Source of the DNA: Eledone cirrhosa
Lineage: Eukaryota
NCBI GenBank assembly: GCA_964016885.1
Contig: CAXHJY010000368.1
Coordinates: 12,814 to 76,813 of the forward strand
DNA: 64,000 nt
Direction of reading: 5' to 3'
Shown here: positions 47,025-64,000 of the stretch, in pieces
How the letters are laid out: every line of letters begins with the position of its first letter
How positions within the stretch are numbered: the stretch's first letter is position 1
The notes under the pieces: generated by a model
The model's input: only the letters and a program-made list of their open reading frames with translations
What the model was told of the DNA's origin: nothing
The model's database searches: none
Program-made: the position numbers and the translations under genes

Positions 47025-47111
47025 TATTTAACTGATATATATATATCAATGAGCGTGAAGCTAATAAACATTTGTCGTACTGCCTCTCTGTTCTGTCCCT
47101 GTTCAATTTTT

Positions 47112-47145
<34 letters not shown>

Positions 47146-47152
47146 TATTTAA

Positions 47153-47195
<43 letters not shown>

Positions 47196-47197
47196 GT

Positions 47198-47735
47198 AGT
47201 AATTCCGTCGGAAAGGTCCAAGGAAAAATAGTGCTCTATGTTGGTTTCACAGCTTAATAGTTAGGTAATAAACAACATAAGGCAATTATTTCATTTACCA
47301 GTGGTTTCTTGAAAGCAAACAAAGTTTGCTTTCAATCATCAGACTGAAAAAATCCTGGTGTAATTATTGACATTGGATTTTAAAAACTTTTAGATTGAAT
47401 AATCCAATTCATATATGTCCATGCTGTATGTTGGTTACATTCCTGAAAACTGTAGAGTGCTCAACTAATCGGGCTGGAATGTGCCAATCATCTATGTAAT
47501 ATAGAATATGTTTCAATCAATCCCGGTTGGAGCTGTATAAATGAAGTAATTCCGTCGGAAAGGTCCAGGAGAGAAGAGTACTCTATGTTGTTTACACAGC
47601 TTAATAGTTAGGTAATAAACAACACAAGGCAATTATTTCATTTACCAGTGGTTTCTTGAAAGCAAACAAATTTTGCTTTCAATCATCAGAATGAAAAAAT
47701 CCAGGAGTATTTATTGACATTGGTTTTTAAAACAT
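47198..47735. repeat. Direct duplication of ~190 bp (47198-47388 and 47545-47735)
   Basis: Both begin AGTAATTCCGTCGGAAAGGTCCA and stay alignable with scattered substitutions. Confidence 0.9.
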
Positions 47736-47881
47736 TCTTGCTAAGAGTAGAAGGGTGGAACAAATATCGCATGGTCTTTTTTTAACAGCTAATTCATTGA
47801 TTAATTTATTTATATTTATTTATAGGTGTGTGTGTGTGTGTGTGTATGTGTGTGTGTGTGTGTATGTGTGTGTGTGTGTGT

Positions 47882-48080
47882 TTCGGGTCCAATCGAGGTT
47901 TACCATAGTTAGTAACATACTTAATATATTAGTAGAGTCTAAACATAGTGTTCAATATAGAAATTGCTTCTACAGGTCTAGTCCTGTTTTATTAAATATA
48001 TATCACCAGGGAAGCTTTTCTCACGATTTCTTGTGAATGAAAGACTTCTAGTTTTTTAAAAGATATTTCTATATTAAACA
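47882..48080. mobile_element. Family B remnant, old and diverged, fold-back
   Basis: AATATAGAAAT..CTTCTACAGGTCTAG versus GAATGAAAGACTTCTAG...ATTTCTATATTAAAC. Confidence 0.55.
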
Positions 48081-48207
48081 TGATGCACACACACACGCAC
48101 ACTTATATATGTATATATATGTATGTATAGATATATATATATATATATATATATAAGACATTTTATTTCTAATTCCACCTCATTCATCTATCTTATTTCT
48201 CAAGCTT

Positions 48208-48244
48208 TCTTCTGATGAAACACTAGCGTCCGAAACGTTAAAAC
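48208..48244 (+). ncRNA. Decayed hammerhead in pseudo-LTR (~48170-48330)
   Basis: CTGATGA-aacAC tagc GTcc-GAAACGTT; flanks match 7000-7150. Confidence 0.55.
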
Positions 48245-48334
48245 CATCTTCCTGCTATTTCAAGTGTTAATCTAATATATTCCTTTCACATACTGTCCCG
48301 TTTGTGTTATTATTTCTGTTTACCTTTTACACAG

Positions 48335-48370
<36 letters not shown>

Positions 48371-48375
<5 letters not shown>

Positions 48376-48457
48376 ATTACAACTTGAACAACACAATATA
48401 TAACTACTCCATCATGGAATAGTTCAATATTGTGTTGTTCACACGTTCTAATTAAAT
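48371..48457. repeat. Imperfect 87-nt hairpin
   Basis: TGAACAACACAATAT / ATATTGTGTTGTTCA core plus ATTTAATTA / TAATTAAAT ends. Confidence 0.8.
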
Positions 48458-48743
48458 AGCTCTGTTCTATACATAGAGCACTCTTCTTTCCTTTCCTTCT
48501 TCAAGGGAATTACCTAACACTAAAACATATATATATATAAAGGGCAAAAGATGAAACCGAAATTTGGCTCCTTTGCCGGTTTCGCAGTCCTTGTGCTTTG
48601 CAAAAGTAGAATTGAGATGGAGGGTTCGTGTTTTTTCTCGCGCGCACACACACAGACACACACACAGACACACACACAGACACACACACAGACACACACA
48701 CAGACACACACACAGACGCACGCACGCACGCACGCACGCGCAC

Positions 48744-48993
48744 ATTAACTAAATAGGTATTCTTGTGATCAAGTATGTATTATTATACATATTTCAGAGG
48801 TACTGAGTTAAGTTCAAGAGTACGTCCTCACATGGTATTCTACCATGACTGAATCTTAACCATCTACTATGTCAGTGTATGTCATGCATCATCTTATTTT
48901 ATCTGATGAGGACGTACTGTTGAACTTAAATCAGTACCTCTGAAATATGTATAATAAAATATACTTGATCACAAGAATATCTATTTTGTTAAT
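48744..48993. repeat. Inverted repeat, 87-bp arms, 76-nt spacer
   Basis: 48744-48830 versus 48907-48993, several mismatches. Confidence 0.9.
48895..48961 (+). ncRNA. Type I hammerhead ribozyme, long stem II
   Basis: TATTTTAT-CTGATGA-GGAcGTACTG..CAGTACcTCT-GAAA-TATGT-ATA-ATAAAATA; perfect 8-bp stem I. Confidence 0.8.
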
Positions 48994-49301
48994 ATTTTGA
49001 ATTAATATTATTAACTCTGGAAAACCTTTTTTTTTGTTGAGTGCTTCCAATCTATTGTAAAACTCATTCTTTGGTGTATTCATTGAACCTTGTTTAACTT
49101 TGAAATATATATATATATATACATTTCTCTTACGTAAATATATATGTATATAACTATATATATATATGAAAAGTGTAAGTTTCTACACAAAACGAAGGTT
49201 ATAGAGAAAATTGAGGTTGGTAATGGCACATGGAATATATAAGAGACTGGATACTTTTTTGTGAAAAAACATATAATTTTATAAGGTAAGGAGAGAATAA
49301 A

Positions 49302-49354
<53 letters not shown>

Positions 49355-49687
49355 TTACGAAAAAAAACAACAGAATTTGTTAAAATGGGCATTTGAAACT
49401 ATCTCTACGATTAGAGTGTAGGAAACTATGTCTGGACTGTTGGATTCTCTAATATGCCCCAAGGATAAATTTTAATGGAAGGATAGATTAAAATTTATGT
49501 TTAACAAATTATCTACAATTTCCTAGTGTTTATACTTCAGGCTTCTATTGAATAAGAAATAAACACTGGAACAGCACACACACGCATACACACATGCATA
49601 CACCCCCCCCCCCCACACACACACACACACGTGTGTGTGTATATAAATATATGCATATATATATAAACACACACACATATGTGTATG

Positions 49688-49728
<41 letters not shown>

Positions 49729-49764
49729 ACACCCACACATACACTCACGCACAGACACGTAGAT

Positions 49765-49816
<52 letters not shown>

Positions 49817-49897
49817 GGAGAGACACACCGTGTAAGGAACCTTTGAGACATGACTCATCTATATGACAATATATACTTACAAATATGTATATATATA

Positions 49898-49941
<44 letters not shown>

Positions 49942-50083
49942 GATATATCTATATATATTTACCTATGTGCGTGTGTGTGTATGTATATATATAGTGTGTA
50001 TATATATATATATATTTATATATTTGTGTGTATATACGTATGTATATATATAATGTGTGTATATATATTGTGTGTATATATAT

Positions 50084-50114
<31 letters not shown>

Positions 50115-50335
50115 TTGTGTGTTTATATGTATTTATATGTATATATAGTATGTGTATATATATATACATATATACACACGTGTGTGAAGGTGTGTGTCTC
50201 TATGTATATATCATTATGTCTATTTAATTCTATACCAATGACAATAATTTAAGTGAGTAAATGACACTTTCTCAAATTTAGATCGATCTCCCTGAAATTG
50301 ATAGCAACACAATTACACCTCCCCTCCACACACAA

Positions 50336-50368
<33 letters not shown>

Positions 50369-50377
50369 AACACACGC

Positions 50378-50408
<31 letters not shown>

Positions 50409-50457
50409 CACAAATATGTACACAAATAGCTAGCAGCATGCATATAAGCATGAAATA

Positions 50458-50640
50458 AGTGTTTCTACTTTTGGCACAAGGCCAGCAATTAAATCAGTAC
50501 ATTACTGGTACTTTATTTTATCGACCCCCCGTAAGGATGAAAGGCAAAGTTGACCTCAGCGGGATTTGCACTCAAACCGTAAAGGGACGTAACTATGCTG
50601 GAAAGCATGGCGTCCGACTCTCTATCAATCTGCCAATCCA
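50458..50640 (-). mobile_element. tRNA-derived SINE (same family as 41460)
   Basis: Colinear with 41460-41632. Confidence 0.8.
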
Positions 50641-50745
50641 TGCATATAAGCATGAGATAATGCCAAACTTTATATGTATTACCAATTGTATACATAAATA
50701 TGAATATATACCAATTGTATATATATAAATATATATATATATATA

Positions 50746-50897
50746 TAAGGTAAATAGAAATAACAGAATCGGTACAGGAAGGTATATAGCAGGCAGAGGG
50801 TCTTAACGTTTAGACCTTCATCAGCAGAAAGTATCAGAAATAAAATAGATTAAGGGTACAGGCGGGTTGGAATCGGAAAAAAATGTCTTTAGGTAAA

Positions 50898-50900
<3 letters not shown>
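50746..50900 (-). mobile_element. Pseudo-LTR remnant with partly deleted hammerhead (~50800-50830)
   Basis: Minus: CTGATGAAGGTCTAAACGTTAAGACCCTCTGCCTGCTATA, matching the 7030/48210 family. Confidence 0.6.
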
Positions 50901-50948
<48 letters not shown>

Positions 50949-51234
50949 GTAAAAATAATATATATATATATGTATATGAGAGTATTGAAGTTTGCTTGAA
51001 GCATTGTGGAATAAAAAGGTAAATTTCTTTAAGTCGTTTAGAAGCCTCGACAATGCAGATGGGTAAATCTCCGGGTAACAAGATCCGGTGGTGGAGAGAG
51101 AGATGTAAGTGGGTGTACGTTGAGATGCGTGGCGTGTAGAAGAATGTAACGTGTAGAGGAATCAAGGAAAGAACGTAAACATAAATTACAAATAACAACA
51201 CGAGAAAGAGTTACCTTGGGAGAGATTTAATTGT

Positions 51235-51270
51235 CCCTAAACATTTCGGATTCACATCCATCAACTGGGG
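51235..51270 (-). ncRNA. Decayed hammerhead motif
   Basis: Minus: CCC-CAGTTGA(2 changes from CTGATGA)-t-GGAT gtga ATCC-GAAA-TGTTTA-GGG. Confidence 0.4.
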
Positions 51271-51498
51271 GTTTTTCCGGAAATATGAACCTTAAGATTG
51301 CTTTCGCAATCTTCAGGTTCATATACTGTGGTGACAGTCAAGTTTGCAATTTCCACAGTTGAAAATTGCAAACTGAGTGTCACCACATAATATGATCAGG
51401 TATTCGAAATATAATAAATGAACGGCGGACATCTAGTATCTTCCACATTAGCCGGTCGCCCTCAATTTATATATATATATATGTACATATATATATAT

Positions 51499-51567
<69 letters not shown>

Positions 51568-51997
51568 CTTTCTCACACTCTAATTCTCTCACTATATATA
51601 TCAACTTCACACACATGTTCTACCTCTCTGTCGCTATTTTTCTCTATATATTTATCTCTATATATTTATCTCTCTCATACACACACACACAGAGGTTTTC
51701 TCTCTCCCTTTTCTCTCTCATTCTGATTATCCATCTCCCTCTCTCCTTCTGAATATCTCCCCACCATATATATATATTACCTCTTGAGGTTAGCAACAAG
51801 ATCTTCGTAGCATCAACATTAGCAAAACCAACAAAATAGTAGGGTTTCAACGCAAAATAAACAAAATATCAGCTACTGAAACAACAAGGAAATAAAGTAG
51901 TCAAGAAAGAAACAGACAAACGAAAAATATTGAATTATAAAAAGCAGTATCTGAGCAGCAGACATGCAAAACTGCAGTACATGTAACGCACGCGCAC

Positions 51998-52037
<40 letters not shown>

Positions 52038-52615
52038 GTATATGTATATATGTATATGTATGTATATGTTTATATATATGTATATATATATATGTATATG
52101 TATGTATATGTTTATATATATGTATATATATATGTATGTATATGTTTATATATATGTATATATATATGTATGTATATGTTTATATATATGTATATATATA
52201 TGTATGTATATATGTATGTATATATATATATGTATGTATATATGTATGTATATATATATATATGTATGTATATATATATATGTATGTATATATGTATGTA
52301 TATATATATATATGTATGTATATGTATGTATGTATATGTATGTATATATGTATGTATATATATATATATGTATGTATATATATATGTATATATCTATGTA
52401 TGTATATATGTATGTATATATATGTATATATGTATGTATATATATGTATATATGTATGTATATATATGTATAATGTATGTATATATATGTATATATCTAT
52501 GTATGTATATATATGTATATATGTATGTATATATATGTATATATATATATGTATATATCTATGTATGTATATATATGTATATATGTATGTATATATATGT
52601 ATATATCTATGTATG

Positions 52616-52651
<36 letters not shown>

Positions 52652-53476
52652 TATATGTGTATATATATATATTCCTTTCCGGAAAGTGCATATGCATGTG
52701 TATGTATATACTTATATTTTTCCGTATTTTTTGAAGTTTTATCTCAGTTTTGTACATCGACCTCAGAATTTTAAACTAAACATATGGTCATTGTTGAGCA
52801 AAATTATTTTCACACATTATATATCAATGTCTCATTCATGAATATTGATATTTACATTATATTACCCAATTCATATGAATTGATAATTCAAATTGATAGG
52901 AGATAACGTAAAGATGTAAATCTATCATCCCTCTCTCTAGATATAGCTCTTTCTTCTCCTCCCTCTTTATATATGATGAAGTCTATGTATCGGTTGTTTT
53001 AACTTTGCCTCTCGAGTTTCTCTCTTATTTCTCTCCTATTTCTCTCACTTCCCCATATATAATTATTATTATTTGGTCTACCTTTTTTTTCCACCACCTC
53101 TATCTTTCACTCTCTCTGTTTTCTCTTCCTTTTTTATTGCTCTCCATCTCCTCCCCAACTGTCCTTAGCATTATAACTAAATAATTACAGTACTCCCTCC
53201 CTCCTAAATCTCTCAATTTGAATGATGAATTATTATTATTCATCTGTTGCCTCAGCTGCGTCTCTTTTTCACCTCCTCACTATTTCTCTCTCCCCTATCT
53301 CTCTCTATTTCTCTCTGTTTTTCTTACATACATTTCTTCTTTTTCTCCGTCTTTCTTTTTAACTGTGCTTAACACTAAATATTTATAAACATCTCACTAC
53401 CAAACCAGCTTCTTACATAACGGTTGGTCAATATTTATTGTACGTCAAAATTATTTATAAAACTGTTTATATATTG

Positions 53477-53543
53477 TATTTTATCTCAAGAAGGCATGCC
53501 ATATTTTTTAATATGGTATCCCCAAAATATGTATAATGAAATA
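53477..53543 (+). ncRNA. Decayed long-stem-II hammerhead
   Basis: TATTTTAT-CTCAAGA-..ATGCCATATT tttt AATATGGTAT..-AAAA-TATGT-ATA-ATGAAATA; downstream tail matches 12625-12660. Confidence 0.5.
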
Positions 53544-53583
53544 AATATGGTTTTATAAATATAGTTTCCATTTGTTTAATATC

Positions 53584-54965
<1,382 letters not shown>

Positions 54966-55337
54966 ATAACTTTGAATAACTTGAAATGTTTTGGCCAGTA
55001 TTGGCCCAGGCCATGTCTAACTTAATAGCACCACCTGGCGAAGTCTTTCAATTCAGGATTTGGGCACCGTGGCCCATTCGAGAAGAGAATTACTGTTTGC
55101 GGAGACATATCGGGGTGTGGGTGGTTTGTCCGGGATTACTTGGAGGAATTTGTCCAAAGACTTCTTGAATTTTGTGTGGTCAGTTTCTGTTTTGACGTGT
55201 CCTGGTGTGATGTTGAAGAGAGCAGGGCCGATTGAGGTGAAATAATTGTGCCGTATTGTTGTTATGAGTTGCGATTTAGATTTTTGAATGGGACGGATAG
55301 CACGGGGCCCAAGCCTTGGGTGTATCTTGAAGGCGAT
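54966..55337 (-). mobile_element. 5'-truncated 3' end of the same CR1-like LINE
   Basis: Matches 42711-43083; only 3 differences seen by eye. Confidence 0.95.
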
Positions 55338-55354
55338 ATATGTATACATATATG

Positions 55355-55431
<77 letters not shown>

Positions 55432-55532
55432 GAATGTATATGTATATATATATGTATATATATATCTATATATATAGATGTATATATATATGTATATATA
55501 TGTATATATATATATATGTATATATATAAATG

Positions 55533-55607
<75 letters not shown>

Positions 55608-55648
55608 GTATATATATATGTATATATATATATATAAATGTATATATG

Positions 55649-55681
<33 letters not shown>

Positions 55682-55974
55682 GTATATATATATATGTATA
55701 TATATGTATATATGTATATGTATATATATATATGTATATATATATGTATATATATGTATATATATATATGTATATATATATATGTATATATATATATGTA
55801 TATATATATGTATATATATGTATATATATATATGTATATATATATATGTGTATATATGTATATATATATATGTATATATATAATGTATATATATATATGT
55901 ATATATATATATACATATATATATATGTATATATATATATATAGTATGTATATATATATATACATATATATATG

Positions 55975-56009
<35 letters not shown>

Positions 56010-56038
56010 GTATATATATATATATACATATATATATG

Positions 56039-56094
<56 letters not shown>

Positions 56095-56106
56095 CATATA
56101 TATATG

Positions 56107-56137
<31 letters not shown>

Positions 56138-56138
56138 G

Positions 56139-56181
<43 letters not shown>

Positions 56182-56182
56182 G

Positions 56183-56213
<31 letters not shown>

Positions 56214-56271
56214 GTATATATATATATGTATATATATATATATGTATATATATATATACATATATATATAG

Positions 56272-56347
<76 letters not shown>

Positions 56348-56363
56348 CATATATATATATGTA

Positions 56364-56394
<31 letters not shown>

Positions 56395-56395
56395 C

Positions 56396-56448
<53 letters not shown>

Positions 56449-56556
56449 CATATATATATATATGTATATATATATATATGCATATATATATATGTGTATA
56501 TATACATATATATGTATTTATATATATATGTATATATATGTATTTATATATATATG

Positions 56557-56610
<54 letters not shown>

Positions 56611-56851
56611 TATGTATTTATATATATATGTATATATATGTATTTATATATATATGTATATATATATATATATATATGTATTTATATATATATGTATATA
56701 TATGTATTTATATATATATGTATATATATATATATATATGTATTTATATATATATGTATATATATGTATTTATATATATATTTATTATATATATATATAT
56801 GTATCTTATATATATATGTATATATATGTATTTATATATATATGTATATAT

Positions 56852-56896
<45 letters not shown>

Positions 56897-57064
56897 TATA
56901 TACATATATATATGTATTATATACAGTATTATATGTATATATATACATATATATGTATATATATATATACAATATATATATACATATATATATGTATATA
57001 TATACATATATATATGTATATATATATATATCTATATATATATATATGTATATATATACATATA

Positions 57065-57125
<61 letters not shown>

Positions 57126-57141
57126 ATATATATATATATAT

Positions 57142-57198
<57 letters not shown>

Positions 57199-57836
57199 AA
57201 TATATATATACATATATATACATATATATATACATATATATACATATATATATACATATATATATATACATATATACATTTACATCTATATATATATATA
57301 TACATATATACATTTACATCTATATATATATATATATTCATATATATGTATACATATATATATATATATACGTATATAATGTATATATATATGTATGTAT
57401 ATATATATGTATGTATATATATATGTATATATATATATATGGGTATATATATGTGTATATATATATATATGAATATATATGTATATATATATATATGAAT
57501 ATATATATGTATATATATATATATATGAATATATATGTATATATATATATGAATATATATATGTATATATATATATATATAAATATATATATGTATATAT
57601 ATATATGAATATATATATGTATATATATATATATGAATATATATATGTATATATATATATATATATGAATATATATATGAATATATATATATGTATATAT
57701 ATATGAAATATATATATGTATATATATATATATGAATGTATATATGTATATATATATATATGAATATATATAATATACATATATATATATATATATATGA
57801 ATATATATATGTATATATATATATATGTATATATAT
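55338..57836. repeat. 2.5-kb (TA)n array
   Basis: Direct reading. Confidence 0.97.
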
Positions 57837-57893
57837 AGTCTGAGTGTGTATCAATATATTTATCTACGAATATATGTATTATATCTACGAATA

Positions 57894-57932
<39 letters not shown>

Positions 57933-58525
57933 TCGTATATACATTATATTGAGAATGCCTACGAAGTAGAACACGGTATTTACATCAGAAAAAAGGACAA
58001 AGAGAGGCGATAAATTATGTAATTATGGAAGTGCATATCAAGTACTTATATCAATGGGTATATTTTAGTTATTTTTATAGTAAAACATTTTATTTCTTGT
58101 TAAAACTATTACCTGCTAACATCCATATATTACACATACATATTCACATGATTGTGTGTATATGTATGTATATATAATACGCTTATGAACATAGTAGATA
58201 TAATTGATGGATATAGATATATATTTGTATATGCTGTATATACATATATGTATATGTCTATATATATATGTATATATATATAGACATATGTGTGTGTATA
58301 CATAAATATATATATATATATATATGTATGCGGATGTTTTCCCCTATTTCTCAATGCATGTTTTTGAATTGCCTTTAATCTCATAGAATAATTTAGTTTT
58401 CATATTACACACGATAAAACGATATACGCACAAACATATGCACCCATAATTATAAAAGTATATATATATATACGTATATATATATATATAATATAAATAT
58501 ATATATATAATATATATATATATAA

Positions 58526-58599
<74 letters not shown>

Positions 58600-59385
58600 G
58601 AAGTATGTATATGTGTGAGAAAGAAAGTGTATGCATGGCGTTTGTGTATGTGTGTAAAAGGATGTTTCAATGTATGGGTGTATAATAATGCATATAAAGA
58701 GATTGATTCATGAATATGGATTGATTGCTGGGTGCATCTAGTTTAGTTGATAGATATTTGTATAGAGGCATTTATTTAAATGCACATAGATACACACACA
58801 AACAGGCGAATACATATACACAGACGTTCAAATAACTTGTTTGTTTTCATGAATTGTATACATTAATGTGTAATTTTCTCCCAAAATATTGGTTGAGTAA
58901 GAAAAGAGGAAGTTTTAAGTAAACAAATAGCCATATACATAGGGCACAAACATATATAATATATATATATATATATATTAAAATATATATAATATATATA
59001 ATATATATATACAATATATATGTATTTATATATATATGTATGTAATATATATCTATATTAACATACATACATCTCACTCTCTCTCTATATATATATATTT
59101 ATGTATATATATATATATATATTTATGTATATATATATATATATACGTATATATGTATATATATATATATATACGTATATATATATAAATGTATATATAT
59201 ATATATATTTATGAATATAAATATGTATATTTCTATATACGTATACATATATATGTATATATAAATATACGTATATATATATATGTATATATATATGAAT
59301 ATAAATATATATATATATATGAATATAAATATGTTTATATATATATATGAATATAAATATGTATATATATATATATATTATATAC

Positions 59386-59428
<43 letters not shown>

Positions 59429-59476
59429 TGTATATATATATATGTATTTATATACGTATATATATATATATATATA

Positions 59477-59517
<41 letters not shown>

Positions 59518-59543
59518 AAATACATATGTATATATACGTATAC

Positions 59544-59587
<44 letters not shown>

Positions 59588-59728
59588 AAATATATATGTA
59601 TAAATATATATGTATATACACGTATACCTATATATATATATATATATGAATATCAATATGTATATATATATACGTATATATATATATATATATATATGAA
59701 TATAATAACTATATATATACGTATATAT

Positions 59729-59767
<39 letters not shown>

Positions 59768-59823
59768 TACGTATATATATATATATACATATATATATAG
59801 ACCTATATATATATATATAGACG

Positions 59824-59857
<34 letters not shown>

Positions 59858-59881
59858 AATATATATATATATATATAATAC

Positions 59882-59933
<52 letters not shown>

Positions 59934-60200
59934 GTATATATATATATATATATATACGTATATATATATATATGTATATATACGAATATGAATATAAATA
60001 TATATATATATACGTATATATAGATATGTATATATATATAGACATGTATATATGTATATATATGTATATATATATATATATATATACGTATATATAGATA
60101 TGTATCTATATATATACATGTATATATATGTATATATATATATATATGTATATATATATGTATATATGTATATATGTGTATATATATATATGTATATATG

Positions 60201-60233
<33 letters not shown>

Positions 60234-60260
60234 GTGTGTGTATACATATATATATACACG

Positions 60261-60302
<42 letters not shown>

Positions 60303-60396
60303 TATACATATATACATATATATATACATATATATATATATTCATATATATATATATATACATATATATACACGTGTATATATATAAATAGATATT

Positions 60397-60446
<50 letters not shown>

Positions 60447-60475
60447 TATACACATATATATATATGCATATATAT

Positions 60476-60690
60476 ATATTTATTAAAATAACAGATTAAA
60501 GTTGAAGCAAAGAATCGCTGTTTTCACCCTTAACGGATCTTCTGATCCCGTTAAGGGTGAAAGCAGCGATTCTTTGCTTAAACTTTAATTTGTTAATTTA
60601 ATAAATATTTGCTCTACGGTTCTTATATATTTGATATATATTTTCCTTATCGAGCCCTCTTTGGATTTTAGTCTTCAATTTTATTAATAT
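60476..60690. mobile_element. Family A remnant, ~63-bp-arm hairpin plus forward tail
   Basis: Arms meet at GGATC ttct GATCC (~60535-60548); tail ends GTCTTCAATTTTATTA. Confidence 0.75.
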
Positions 60691-60915
60691 TACATATATA
60701 TACATATTTATATGTATATAGATATATACATATCTATATATACGTATATATATATACATATATTTATATTTATATGTATATATATATATATATATATTTA
60801 TATTCATATGTATATATACATATATATATACGTATATATACATATATATCTATACGTATATATATATATATTTATACGTATATATATATATATATATATA
60901 TATATACGTATATAT

Positions 60916-60966
<51 letters not shown>

Positions 60967-60993
60967 GTTATATATATATATATATATATATAC

Positions 60994-61058
<65 letters not shown>

Positions 61059-61059
61059 C

Positions 61060-61095
<36 letters not shown>

Positions 61096-61199
61096 GTATA
61101 TATATATATACGTATATATATAGTTATTTATATTTATATATATATATATATATACGTATATATATATACATATTGATATTCATATATATATATATATAC

Positions 61200-61231
<32 letters not shown>

Positions 61232-61496
61232 GTATATATATATACGTATATATATATATATATATATATATATACGTATGTATATATATATATATATACG
61301 TATGTATATTATATATATACGTATATATATATATATATATACGTATGTATATATATATATACGTATGTATATATATATATATATACGTATGTATATATAT
61401 ATATATATATACGTATGTAATATATATATATACGTATGTATATATATATATATACGTATGTATATATATATATATACGTATGTATATATATATACG

Positions 61497-61533
<37 letters not shown>

Positions 61534-61680
61534 GTATATATATATATACGTATGTATATATATATATACGTATATATATATATATACGTATATATATATA
61601 TATATACGTATATATATTATATATACGTATATATATATATACGTATATATATATATATACGTATGTATATATATATATAC

Positions 61681-61714
<34 letters not shown>

Positions 61715-61715
61715 G

Positions 61716-61799
<84 letters not shown>

Positions 61800-61911
61800 A
61801 TATATTATACGTATGTATATATATATATATATACGTATATATATATATATATATATATACGTATGTATATATATATATATATACGTATATATATATATAT
61901 ATATACGTATG

Positions 61912-61944
<33 letters not shown>

Positions 61945-62004
61945 TATATATATACGTATGTATATATATATATATATACGTATATATATATATATATATA
62001 TACG

Positions 62005-62049
<45 letters not shown>

Positions 62050-62217
62050 GTATGTATATATATATATATATACGTATGTATATATATATATATATACGTA
62101 TATATACGTATATATATATATATATATATACGTATGTATATATATATATATATACGTATATATATATATATATATATACGTATGTATATATATACGTATG
62201 TATATATATATATATAC

Positions 62218-62259
<42 letters not shown>

Positions 62260-62283
62260 GTATATATATATATATATATATAC

Positions 62284-62335
<52 letters not shown>

Positions 62336-62484
62336 TATATATACATATATACATATATATATACATATATATATATATTCATTATATATATATATACATA
62401 TATATACACGTGTATATATATAAATAGATATTTATATATATATATATACATATATATACACATATATATATATGCATATATATA

Positions 62485-62700
62485 TATTTATTAAAATAAC
62501 AGATTAAAGTTGAAGCAAAGAATCGCTGTTTTCACCCTTAACGGGATCTTCTGATCCCGTTAAGGGTGAAAGCAGCGATTCTTTGCTTTAAACTTTAATT
62601 TGTTAATTTAATAAATATTTGCTCTACGGTTCTTATATATTTGATATATATTTTCCTTATCGAGCCCTCTTTGGATTTTAGTCTTCAATTTTATTAATAT
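62485..62700. mobile_element. Duplicate of 60476-60690
   Basis: Near-identical including the junction and flanking microsatellite pattern. Confidence 0.8.
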
Positions 62701-63004
62701 TACATATATATACATATTTATATGTATATAGATATATACATATCTATATATACGTATATATATATATACATATATTTATATTTATATGTATATATATATA
62801 TATATATATTTATATTCATATGTATATATACATATATATATACGTATATATACATATATATCTATACGTATATATATATATATTTATACGTATATATATA
62901 TATATATATATATATATACGTATATATATATATATATAATATATATATATATTATATATATATATAATATATATATACGTATATATATATATATATATAT
63001 ATAC

Positions 63005-63048
<44 letters not shown>

Positions 63049-63072
63049 CATATATATATATATATATACGTA

Positions 63073-63111
<39 letters not shown>

Positions 63112-63261
63112 GTATATATATATATATACGTATATATATAGTTATTTATATTTATATATATATATATATATACGTATATATATATACATATTGATATTCA
63201 TATATATATATATATACGTATATATATATATATATATATATATATACGTATATATATATAC

Positions 63262-63293
<32 letters not shown>

Positions 63294-63701
63294 GTATGTA
63301 TATATATATATATATACGTATGTATATATATATATACGTATATATATAATATATACGTATGTATATATATATACGTATGTATATATATATATATATACGT
63401 ATGTATATATATATATATATACGTATGTATATATATATATACGTATGTATATATATATATATACGTATGTATATATATATATATACGTATGTATATATAT
63501 ATATACGTATGTATATATATATATATTATATATATATTATATATATATATATACGTATATATATATATACGTATGTATATATAATATATACGTATATATA
63601 TATATACGTATATATATATATATATACGTATATATATATATATATACGTATATATATATATACGTATATATATATATATACGTATGTATATATATATATA
63701 C

Positions 63702-63737
<36 letters not shown>

Positions 63738-63738
63738 G

Positions 63739-63779
<41 letters not shown>

Positions 63780-63918
63780 TATATATATAGTATATATATA
63801 TATATATATATATATACGTATGTATATATATATATATATACGTATATATATATATATATATATACGTATGTATATATATATATATATACGTATAATATAT
63901 ATATATATAATACGTATG

Positions 63919-63950
<32 letters not shown>

Positions 63951-64000
63951 AATATTATATATATATATATATACGTATTATATATATATATATATATATA

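Larger units (their letters stand above)
59085..64000. repeat. (TA)n array with TACG interruptions, containing a ~2-kb tandem duplication
   Basis: Direct reading; embedded family A copies ~2009 bp apart. Confidence 0.93.

Overview
Gene-free, extremely (TA)n-rich eukaryotic DNA, most likely cephalopod (octopus). That assignment is inferred from the SINE family and microsatellite density, not from a search. Nearly all ORFs in the track are microsatellite or minisatellite artefacts. The real coding content is retroelement-derived: a 5'-truncated Penelope-like element (RT C-terminus plus GIY-YIG, 16.65-18.16 kb), an uninterrupted CR1-like LINE ORF2 (42.8-45.9 kb, minus) with a near-identical short second copy, and RTE fragments, one with a twin-priming inversion. 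The short unique islands between TA arrays are mostly Penelope-type pseudo-LTR remnants. They carry about 16 type I hammerhead ribozyme motifs (intact and decayed) and many fold-back inversions. Across four families these inversions follow one rule: both outer ends are fixed 3' ends (tail end and an internal AT-rich site) and only the inner junction varies. A satellite cluster at 22.9-33.7 kb includes a 35/36-bp minisatellite with higher-order structure. All alignments and folds were done by eye.
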